From: the human T2T-CHM13v2.0 reference genome, Homo sapiens
DNA length: 64,000 nt
Strand: one strand, 5' to 3'
NCBI RefSeq assembly: GCF_009914755.1
Contig: NC_060927.1
Below the pieces are notes generated by a model. The model saw only the letters and a program-made list of their open reading frames with translations. It was not told the DNA's origin and did not search any database. Position numbers and translations under genes: made by a program. Shown piece after piece: positions 53,107-64,000 of the stretch (its first letter is position 1; the number at the start of each line of letters is the position of its first letter).

Positions 53107-54027
53107 CTGTTACAGTTTAAAAAAAAAAAGGTATTACAAAGAAAAAAAAAGCATTTCTACAAGTGTAAAAACAAAGTGAATACTTTCTTATGACTTTGGA
53201 CTAGGCATTATCATGTAATAAAGTCACTTTAGTCTTTCAGTAATTCAGGATAAAATCCTTTTCACTCTAAGAGGAACAAAAATAAACTATATCTCAACAA
53301 TCAAGGTACATGATAGACACAGAAATAATCTTCTGAAAATATGACAAAGTTGGGGGATGTTTATCATACTACCATGATGGAATCTCAGTAAATTCACTGG
53401 ATTTACATGAATTTGGATTTCTGAGGGCACATTATCTAAGGGATACAAAACAGGTAGTCACTAATTGTTAGCCATGAAAGGTTCAAATATGAACATCTAA
53501 TTAATTATTCTTAATATTATACTTTAACATCTGTAATTTTTAAAAACTAAGAATATATATTAGATGAGAAAATTAAGATGTAGAGATGGAGAATATTAAG
53601 AGATTAACACAAATATATAAATAGAACAAAATAAGGAAAAACTGAAAAAAATGCTTTTACTCTATTAGCATGGGGGTGAGGGTGGGGGTGCCTAACTAAG
53701 AATCAACATACAGTTTTTCTCGGTTTCAGATATCTCGTGCCTTCTTCTGTTTTACTCTGGATGCAAATGTCTCAGGTTCCTTTAAAACACGGTTCTCCCT
53801 CACTAGAGTTCTCTCTCCTCTTGCCTGTTTATTTCAGATTGAGGGGAAAAAATAGTTTTTAAGGCTCCCTCACCCTACTACTGATCTAACATGATGTCTC
53901 ACCTTCAGCATCTGTCTGTCCTCCACAAAAGGGCTTATAATTCTTTGTTTTCTTAGAACATGGCGTATCTTGACCATCACAACTGTAATAAATCAATATG
54001 GAAGATATTCATAAAAGTAACATCTAC

Positions 54028-54222
54028 CTGGCTGTACATAATTTCTTGCTGCTTCAAGGTTTCAAAATCCAGTTTTTGTAACTGATGGTTGAGATGTTTC
54101 AGAGAGGAACGAGTTCCTTCAATTTCTGATAAAACAGCTTTTTCTTTCATTGTCTCAGTCTGTAACTCCTGAGCTTTCTTAAACAGCACACCTTTTATGA
54201 GGTTCAGTTGAACATCTACTTC
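54028..54222 (-). CDS. CCDC39: CCDC39 exon 10 ([20 protein letters not shown]...IMYSQ)
   Basis: attatcag| acceptor, CAG|gtagat donor, 195 nt. Confidence 0.94.
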
Positions 54223-56437
54223 CTGATAATGAGAATTATAGTGATTAATGGAATTAAATATATTGAAATGTTGTATTTATATGAACATAATAATTTAGAA
54301 ACTCAAATAAATTTGAACCCTCCACTATTTTAGCCCTTTAGAAGATAAAGCTCTTCCCACAATTTTAACAAGTCCCCAGCATTTCTTATGGTTTATTCTA
54401 TTCTAGTAGACTAGGGTAGCTTTTACGCCCGTGTCATACACCTTGACCTGTCGTCTTAATTTCATCCCATGCTACCCTAGCCTAGCAGTTGGTCATTCTA
54501 CTGATTTCCTCAAAAAATAAAGTCCACTGGAAATATGCAGCCTGTACATGCACAGAGTTTCCTAAAGTCTTGAGGGTGCTATGGGGAAGAAATCACACCA
54601 CCCAATCTCCCACCTTTCAAGCACTATACAGTGGTGAGCAGGTAAATGTTAAATGTTTAACCATCATCTCTCTAGGAGATGAGAGGCTAGGGGGAGAATC
54701 TGATTTCCACGGTATAAATACTCCCATTATGGCCAATTTCCTGCTACTAACATGATTCCACTAAAGGCAGAGTTGGGAAGAAATTCACAGAAACAGACCA
54801 TTTTGTGGTGTTTCCAACATACAGATAAAACAGACATAGGTAACCTTAAGAGTACAAAATAATAAAATATTTGGAAGTAATGAGTGCTGAGTATGTATTA
54901 CTTTTTTTGTAAACGCTATTTATTTAACTATGAGTTTATATAATCTCATTTTTAATCATAGCTGTATTTAGGAAAATTTCTAAAAATTTAACTATTGGCT
55001 CTTGTAAGCTGGTAGGAGCACTACCAGCACACTACAGGAACTACCTGTCACTCACTCTTTGCCTCCAGTTGGCCTCCACCACGTGCAGCTCTAGGAAATA
55101 GAAATGAGTCTCCCATTCCCACAGATACTCTCTCAGGAAGCAAACCTGTCTTGACCCGGAAGCCTCACAACCAATGTGTTCTAGGCTTTAAATTGATCTA
55201 CCATGCCATGATCAGTTGAAAATTATCATTTTTAAATGCTGAAATAATTTGCCTATGTGATCTTATACCCAAATAAGTATATTTTCCTTTAGCAACCAAC
55301 AAACCTGAATATGACACAAAACAAGTCTGTGACTGGCACATTGAAATCTTTGCATAAACAAGAAATATAATCTGATATTCAGTGCATTATTTTACATAAA
55401 CAATTTTCTATAGGTTTAAGATCTTCTCAAAGATTGCCTGGCAGAGTTTTAAAGCCAATGCTTCGTGGTGAATAACACAGTACATCTCCAAAAAAGATAG
55501 GGTTGGGATTTTTTCAAACAAACAAAAACCAACAGCAATGAAAAAACCCCCAAGACTATGAACACAGCCCTGCTAAAAAAACAATCGGTACACCCTGCTG
55601 CTAATATTATTAATTTTTCTAATTTAGCCAGTTCTTCAAAAATGTCTGAAGTTTTTAATTCTCTGTGATGAAAAGGTCTATTTCATATAAATTTCACAGT
55701 GTTTACAGGTTTCTGATAAGTACTAATATCATCTGTTACAGGGAATTATGCTCTTAGGAAGAAAACACCAAAACTTTTAAAACATAATGTGTAATTTGAA
55801 TATCATTCATGTCAAGATTGCAGCATGATTTTATGACTTAGAAATTTTACAGCACACTGAGGAAGCTGGATCCCATCCAAATACAAATGGAGCCAGATGA
55901 GATATAAGCCTTATATTGGGAGATTTTGCCACCATCTTCAACTACCCCTTTTTCAACCCCCCCAAACGAGTAAAAGCAAGAAGTAGAGTCAGGTCACACT
56001 TATAGTTCACACTTATAGTTCACTTTGAAGTTTTCAAAGACGAAGTGGTGCACCAGCCTTTTCCAGTTCCTCAAAAATTGGCTTTAATGCCATCAACATG
56101 CCAAAAAAGACTGAGGTAGAAGAAGGTGCCAGTAGAATTAGCAAAGTTATAGCATTTCAAAGCCCATTTACCAAAAAATTTTGCCAGAGTATAAGGGGTT
56201 AAAGAGATAGTAGATGATAAAGAAGTACAAATCAGGAATGTAGATGATGATGGGAATTTGATTACAAAAAAACAGTGATAATCATGTAGAAATCAGTTGT
56301 AAAACAAAGCCACTTTTTGAACTATTTGTATGCAATATACAAATAGATATATGGATGATGGCAGGGACATAGGTACAGTAGGCTTTGGGAAGGAATGGAA
56401 TCCAGGGCACAGTGGGGGAGCTACTTTTTTAAAAAGT

Positions 56438-56752
56438 AGCCAGGCATGGTGGCTCACACCTGTAATCCCAACACTTTGGGAAGCGGAGGAGGGTAGATCA
56501 CTTGAGGTCAGGAGTTTGAGGCCAGCCTGGCCAACATGGTGAAACCCCATCTCTACTAAAAATACAAAAATTAGCCAGGTGTGGTGGCACGCGCCTGTAA
56601 TCCCAGCTACTCAGAAGGCTGAGGCAGGAGAATCACTTGAACCTGTGAGGTGGAGGTTGTAGTGAGCTGAGATCATGTCACTGCACTCCAGCCTAGGGGA
56701 TAGAGCGAGACTTAGTCTCAAAAAAATAAAATAAAATAAAATAAAAAATAAA
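56438..56752 (+). mobile_element. Alu (AluS-like) with (aaaat)n tail
   Basis: Complete Alu dimer. Confidence 0.95.
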
Positions 56753-56771
56753 TACAAAGACATCAAAATTA

Positions 56772-57167
<396 letters not shown>

Positions 57168-57263
57168 TTACAAGACCTCCTCGTCCTCTGATCCTAGGAG
57201 TCTAATTAATTCACTGTTGCTAAATTTTCTGTGATTTAAAGAAAAATTAAAACTAAACTTTAC

Positions 57264-57396
57264 CTTCACATCTTTTTCCTCCTCCTTTAGCATATCTTCC
57301 AAATTAGTAGCTTTCTCTTCTACAGACATGGTTTTCTCAGTTATCTCCTTTAATTTTGTTTGTATTATCTCATTATGATTTTTAGTTTTTTGTAAC
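57264..57396 (-). CDS. CCDC39: CCDC39 exon 9 ([17 protein letters not shown]...EEKDVK)
   Basis: ctcttcag| acceptor, AAG|gtaaag donor, 133 nt. Confidence 0.94.
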
Positions 57397-57618
57397 CTGA
57401 AGAGGGTTTATCACAAAAAGATAGAAAACGTGCCTAAAAAGCATTTCATACAAACAAATAATAGTTTATCCTAATATTTATTTGTATAACTTGAAGGGGT
57501 TTTTTGCGTAAACCTTTTTATTACCACTACATATTTAATAGACCATAAAAATATGGCTTCTGAGTCTTTGTGATGAAAATATGAGTAAAATTTTTTTAAG
57601 TTTAATAACGTAGTAGCT

Positions 57619-57912
57619 GGCCAGGCGCGGTGGCTCACGCCTGTAATCCCAGCACTTTGGGAGGCCAAGGCGGGCAGATCACGAGGTCAGGAGATCAAGA
57701 CCATCCTGGCTAACACGGTGAAACCCCGTCTCTAATAAAAATACAAAAAATTAGCTGGGCCTGCTGGCGGGCACCTGTAGTCCCAGCTACTCAGGAGACT
57801 GAGGCAGGAAAATGGTGTGAACCCAGGAGGCGGAGCTTGCAGTGAGCTGAGATCACGCCACTGCACTCCAGCCTGGGCAACAAAGCAAGACTCCCTCTCA
57901 AAAAAAAAAAAA
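57619..57912 (+). mobile_element. AluY/Sc-like
   Basis: Full Alu with TSD gtagtagct. Confidence 0.95.
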
Positions 57913-58025
57913 GTAGTAGCTAAAATATTGCAATTATTTAAACAACAAATAGTCTTAAGTATTTAATAATTTTCTAGATATAGTAAAAAATAATCATAAA
58001 CATATTTAGATAGTTTTTTTCTTAC

Positions 58026-58129
58026 CTTGCTGTTTCTTCATGAATGTCCTTCTTTATCTTGGAAATATTTTTCCTCAGAGCTTCTAAATCACTGGAAGTT
58101 CTATTCACAGTGGCTTTTAAAGAATCCAG
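58026..58129 (-). CDS. CCDC39: CCDC39 exon 8 ([20 protein letters not shown]...EETA)
   Basis: aaatag| acceptor, AAG|gtaaga donor, 104 nt. Confidence 0.92.
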
Positions 58130-58619
58130 CTATTTATTAGTTAACAGACAGAAATTATATATTTACTCTGTATCTTATAACTTATTTCATTTCTGAGTTT
58201 TATTCTGCCCACTTTAAGTTCTAACCTACATCACACCCACAAAAGTAGTAGCCATTTTTTTATATTTAATATATAAACAGATTTCCATATTGATCTGCTA
58301 TCAAATTTTAATTGGCTTTGTTGTATAATCCTAGCAAATTATAGAGAACACATATGTGTTGAAAGTAAATACAGAAATGTCTAATATCACTAGACCTGCT
58401 CAGAAAGAGCACATCCCCAAAGTCCAGATAAGCTAATATATATGTGCTCATAAGAATCATAAGTTTAACTGGATTTGAAAAATCTCAAAAGATTCTAATA
58501 TATCAGACTTCTAATAACTACATTTTACTGTTAATCAATAGTAAACTATATTTTACTATTAATCAAAATTATTTAAACAGAAAATCTAAGATACAAATTT
58601 TCTTTTTTATTAAGGACCT

Positions 58620-60084
58620 TTGCAAAAACCCTAAACTCTCCACCAAATACTCTCAGAACAAATTCAGTAAGGTTTCTGGATACAATATCAATATACAAAA
58701 CCAGTTACATTCTATACACTTACAACAAGCAATCCAAAAAAGAAATCAAGAAAACAATCCCATTTACAATGGCATCAAAAAGAATAAAATACTTAGGAAT
58801 AAATTTAACCAAGGAAGAAAAAGATCTGTACACTAAAAACTACAAAACATTGATGAGAGAAATTGTAGAGGACATAAAGATATCCTGTGTTCATGGATTG
58901 GAAGAATTAATACTGTTAACATGGTCATACTATTCAAAGCGATCTACAGATTTGTGAAAGTTGTCAAAATCAAAATGGAGTCACTTGTGTCAAACCCTGA
59001 CAAAACTGAGCTGGGGAAGGCCATGAAGAGAGAGTTCTCATACATATTTGCCCAATAACAAGAACTATCCCAAGAGACTCTGCCAGAACCACAGCCTTGC
59101 ATAAAGACCACTGCAACCTTGTACAAAACCCTTCTACAAAGACATCTGCCCAGCAACTGACTGATCAACCTTGGACTGACACTACCCTAATTGATTCCTA
59201 TAGCCAAGGATTATTATTTTAATACAACTTAGGTAAAGTTACTCATTTTACCTTTAAAAACTTTTGCCTTCCTTTATCTCCCTAGATATGCCTATAATCT
59301 GTCATAGCCTGTATATACTGGATTTTCAAATTCCCTGCTCATTCCTAATTAAGCTCAATATTTTTAGAGGGCCTCTCTCTGTTATTTAGGTTGACAGATT
59401 CAATACAATATCAAAATTCCAATGTCATTCTTCACTGAAACAGAAAAACAATTCTAAAATTCATATGGAACTATAAAAGATCCCAAATAGCTCAAGTAAT
59501 CTTAAGCAGAAAGAACAAAGCTGGAGGCAACATACTTTTTTATTTAAAATTGTATCACAAAGCTAAACTAATCAAAACAAAATAGTGCAGTCATCCATTG
59601 GCATCCACAGGGGATTGGTTCCAGGATCCCTCGCAGATACCAAAATCTACGGATGTGTAGGTCCCTTATATAAAATGACATGTATTTGCATATAACCTAT
59701 GTACAGCCTCCTGTATACTTTAAATAATCTCTTGATTATTTTTAACACCTAATACAATGTAAATGCTATGTAAATAATTTTCATATTTTTAAAATTTGTT
59801 TCCCTTTTTATTGTTGTATTATTTTTATTGGGTTTCTTTTCTGAATATTTTTTATCAATTGTTGGTTGAATCTACACATGCAGAATCCATGGATAAGGAA
59901 GGCTGACTGTACTGGCAAAAAAAAAAAAACCAGACACACAGAAAAATGGAACAGAATAGAGAACCCGGAAATAAACCCATGCATATATGATCAACTAATT
60001 TTCAGTAAATGTGTCAAGAATACACAATGGGGAAAGGATAGTCTCTTCAATCAATGATGTTAAGAAAACTGGATAGCCACACGC

Positions 60085-60116
<32 letters not shown>

Positions 60117-60415
60117 GAAATTGGGCTTTTCTCTGGTACCATATACAAAAATTAATTCAAAATGAATTAAAGACTTAAATATAAGACCTGACACTGTAAA
60201 ACTTCTCAAAGAAAACACAGGAGAAAAGCTCCTTGACATTGGTATCTGTAATGATTTTTTGAATTTGACACCAAAATTACAGGCAACAAAAGCAAAAATA
60301 AACAAGCAGGACTACATCAAACTAAAAACTTTCTTTAAGGAAAAGGAACCACCAACAAAATGAAAAGGTAACCTACAGAATGGAAGAAAATATTTGCAAA
60401 CCATTTACCTGTGAT
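58620..60415 (+). mobile_element. Old L1 ORF2 fragment split by a solo LTR and a MER2 (~59588-59910)
   Basis: [22 protein letters not shown] and [17 protein letters not shown] peptides continue across the inserts. Confidence 0.85.
58953..59396. mobile_element. ERV1 solo LTR (MER34/MER39-like)
   Basis: TG...CA termini with 4-bp TSD gatt (58949-58952, 59397-59400). Confidence 0.8.
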
Positions 60416-60627
60416 GTGAATGGCGCCCCGTGGTGCTTAATCAGGGGTTTAATCAGAGTATCCCAAAAGTTCCACAAACAAAGAGACATTAAAAAAAAAA
60501 AAAGAAAAAGGAAAAAAAAAAAAAACTAGAAGCAGTTTCTTTATCACAGGAAAAGCTTTATGCTTATTTTATATTTTATAGTGATTTGTCGTGAACATAC
60601 AAGCCAGTCTTTTTTGAGTTGACATAC

Positions 60628-60819
60628 CTCACCCTTCAGCTGAATTCTACTAGTTTCATGGTCCTGATATGCCGTTCTACATTTTAAAAGTTTACGATCA
60701 GCCACAGAAATTCTTTTCTCAAACTCTGTGTTATTCCCAATCTCACTTTCCAAAAACTTGATCTTTTCTTTAACCAAATTTTCTTTTTCTCTCGTTTCCT
60801 GCTTTATCCTTGCTAATTC
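60628..60819 (-). CDS. CCDC39: CCDC39 exon 7 ([19 protein letters not shown]...QLKGE); upstream exons lie beyond the window
   Basis: tcctag| acceptor, GAG|gtatgt donor, 192 nt; all 14 exons join into one open coiled-coil frame. Confidence 0.94.
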
Positions 60820-62404
60820 CTAGGATTAAAACAAATATGTTTACTTAAATATATGTTTAAACTGAGAAAACTAAAAGGAATTTAGTTTCTATTTTTCTAT
60901 TATTACATTTAGTACTTATTTTACCAAAACTTCTTAGAAGACATTTTTAAATACTTTTATATTAATAAAAACAAAATATTAGTATGCTACATATTAATGT
61001 CTATAAATTCATATTGTTAAATGTCTCTGTTTTCTTTCATATATCTGGAATTTTGCTAAAGAGATGAGAAAAATGGTTATGCTTTTATATATGAAAGGTA
61101 AAAACCTACAAATGTAACAGTGTTGAATATTTTTCACATGGAAAGCGGGGTTTCAATGAAGTTTTCCAAATATTTTACAGACCGGTTTTTTTTTAGTGTT
61201 TTGAAAATAGCATTTTAGTTATTGGTTTCAATAGGAATGTCTTCACTCAGGCCTTTCACTGGTCGTAGAGACAATAATAAATAGAATACACAAAACACTG
61301 TAACTGAAATGTGGACAAAGTACCATGGGAACAAAGAGATGATGAATTCTTTCCAAGAGGAGTCATTAGTCGACATTATACTTTCCTGGCTTTCCAGGAT
61401 AGGGAAGAAAAAAAAAAAGAAAAAGAAAAAGTAGAAGAAGAAAAAAGACGTGCCCAAGAGGCAACATTTGAGTCAGGCTTACAAACATGAATGGGGTTGC
61501 ATAAATACTCTAATGTAGTTAAAGTGTAGGGTGGGAAGGCAGGGGTGCAAAAGGAATATATTAAGAAGGGTTGGGGTCCAGATGAAAGAGATAAAGCTGG
61601 AAAGGTAGGGTTTAGGGCCAAATTGTGAAAAAATTCAAATGTCATGTTAAAGATCAACTTTTAAGCAATGTGAAGCAAAAAGATTTCAAAGCTGGGAAAT
61701 AAAAAGATTAGATGTTGTTTTTACAAGTGATGCTGATGGCAATAAGTTGGATGAATTAGAAAAAAAATTACCCTAATGTGTATTACTTGCATGTATTCCA
61801 AAATGAGGTCCTTCCAAACAACTAATCACAGGAGATTGGGGGAGGAGGTATGTGTTCTGAAATCAACAGGTTTTAGAAATGCTGCATGTATACATATTAG
61901 CATATTAAATGGCTACACATCTGAGATATATTTTAAAAAGGAAATTTTAAAGTTGTTTAGTTTTCAAGTTGTTTAATCCAATTTTTAAGTTGTTCTAAAT
62001 ATTTACTGTGTTCATTCACTCAAAAGACACGTCAAAACTTCCTAAGTTTAAATATTTCAGAATATGAATCCAGAGTTTCTTGCCTTATGATTTTTTCTAC
62101 CACTTAATCAGATGCTTTAATTCTACTTCAACATCATACTTAATAGTGCTATGCATCATAAAATTTTCATATAGGTAATACTAAGTAATATTTTAAAACT
62201 TCTACACTGTAATAAAAGCATAGTAGAAAAATATTTTTCCACTTCTACACGTTGTTTCTTTTAAGAATACAATTTCAGGATTTTATGACCAGACCCCTGA
62301 AAAGAAAATGCTGAGAAGGCAGGAATGAACTGTTTTGCAGGAAGAGGAACAAAAGAGTATAATATCAGTTAGGAGATAAAATATTCCACCCTCCAATATG
62401 CTAC

Positions 62405-62992
62405 CGTCAGAGGCATTTGAACCATAGCAACTCCATCTTGAAGAGGAGCAGCGTTAACATAAGGCTGCGACCTACGGGGCTGCATTCCCAGACAGGCAAT
62501 CTAAGTCACAGGATGAGACAGGAGGTTGGCTCAAGATACAGGTCATAAAGAACTTGCTGATTAAAAAGTTTGCAGTAAAGAAACCAGCTAAAACCCCCCT
62601 GACCAAGATGGAAAAGAGAGTGACCTCTGGTCATTTTCACTGCTTATTATATGCTAATTATGATGCATTAGTCTGCTAAAAGACACTCCCACCAGCACCA
62701 TGGCAGTTTTCAAATGCCCTAGCAATGTCAGGGAGTTACCCTATATGGTCTAAAAGGGGGAGGCATGAATAATCTACCCCTTGTTTAGCATATAATCAAG
62801 AAATAACCATAAAAATGGGCAACCACCAGCCCTCAGGGCTGCTTTGCCTATGGAATAGCCATTCCTTTATTCCTTTGCTTTCTTAATAAAGCTGCTTTCA
62901 CTTTTACTCTGTGGATTTGCCTCAGATTCTTTCTTGCATGAGATCCAAGAACACTCTTTCAGGGTCTGGATCAGGACCCCTTTCTGGTAACA
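62405..62992 (+). mobile_element. MER41 solo LTR (MER41A-like)
   Basis: gtcagaggcatttgaacca..gcaactccatcttgaa start; aataaa; ggacccctttctggtaaca end. Confidence 0.85.
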
Positions 62993-63339
62993 GTATGAAA
63001 ATAATAAAACCATAGAAATCAGAAATCCTATAGATCAGGGGTTTTTTCAAAATGTGTTGTTTTGTTTTATTCTCATATAGCAGTTGTCAAACACTTAGAA
63101 GCATCCTGCTGCCTAACGGAACCACCTCTTAGCACCCTCCTTAGTCTCTGACAGCACAATCAGGAGATGTCAACATGTAAGTAAGGAACCACTATGAATG
63201 TGACCAGGGAGCTACTAGTTGTGTATTCTGCCAAATCAGCTGACCGAGTTACTTTAGCCATGGGGTTGTATGAGAAAACTGATTGTGGATCCGTAATCTT
63301 GGATCTCGCACATGACTGACAGAGAGGAAGCAGTCATGA

Positions 63340-63777
63340 CTTGAGAAAAGAATTTTTATCTGAGAATTTTACATTATCAAGCCCAGAAAGGCATTAAAAT
63401 CAGACAGAAATAACATCCCACTGCACCCCTTTTATGAGCTGTGTACTCATGTCTTGATACAGCTTGCTATTGCCACAAGCAGCTATAAATTAACCTAATA
63501 ATGCCTCAGCAGATACTATAACCCACACCCTGCAGCTCAACAATGTATAGCCAATCAATAGCTGATGTTATTTCAATGTAAATTCTTGATAAACAACTCA
63601 GGAACTCGCTCTTTTTTCCCTCTTTAAAAATCAACTTGTAACTGCTGCTAATTGGAGTGTATATTCAGGGCAACTTGAATCTATACTCCCAGGTTCCCAG
63701 GAATCAATCCTCAAGCTTGGCCAAAAGAAACTCTGCTTCCATTAATTTTGCTTCAGCTTCTTCCTTGTAAGTCAACA
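63340..63777 (+). mobile_element. ERV1-type solo LTR (MER34-family-like)
   Basis: ttgagaaaagaatttttatctgag...ttgctattgccacaag.agctataaattaacctaataatgcc...gtcaaca. Confidence 0.55.
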
Positions 63778-63822
63778 GCTTAATGTTTGAAAGCAATGAG
63801 AAGTTAAGAAATATTAATAGCA

Positions 63823-64000
63823 GGCCAGGTGCGGTGGCTCACGCCTGTAATCCCAGCACTTTGGGAGGCGGGTGGATTGCCTGCGGTCAGGAGTTCGAGA
63901 CCAGCCTGGCCAACATGATGAAACCCTGTCTCTACTAAAAAAAAACTACAAAAATTAGCTGGGCGTGGTGGCGGGAGCCTGTAATCCCAGCTACTTGGGA
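63823..64000 (+). mobile_element. Alu, cut by the window edge
   Basis: ggccaggtgcggtggctcacgcctgtaatcccagcactttgggagg. Confidence 0.95.

Noticed and set aside
54680-55035. Possible ancient hAT (Arthur/MER69-like) relic
   Set aside because: The resemblance is from memory only and too weak to call

Overview
Human (primate) genomic DNA, recognised from the translated exons as the TTC14/CCDC39 locus (3q26.33). The + strand carries the complete 12-exon TTC14 gene. It has a CpG-island promoter near 7.8-8.5 kb, ATG at 8124 and stop at 16403. The hand-spliced CDS is 2313 nt (770 aa): S1-like domain, TPRs and a Lys/Arg/Ser-rich tail. The - strand carries 14 coding exons of CCDC39 (exons 7-20 by standard numbering, stop at 20782), which converges on TTC14. 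The rest is Alu, L1, LTR and DNA-transposon relics. The most striking unexplained signal is a 608-nt stretch of TTC14 intron 10 with no AG dinucleotide on the sense strand, ending at a weak acceptor. This intron decides between a truncated 439-aa protein and the full-length protein, so it may be a distant-branch-point or intron-retention switch. Other notable signals are a Tigger3-derived in-frame TTC14 terminal exon inside a CCDC39 intron, a latent CCDC39 pseudoexon with duplicated near-donors, and a 116-bp templated insertion in an old L1. There are no prokaryotic-type systems. Repeat subfamily names come from recalled consensus sequences and repeat boundaries are approximate.
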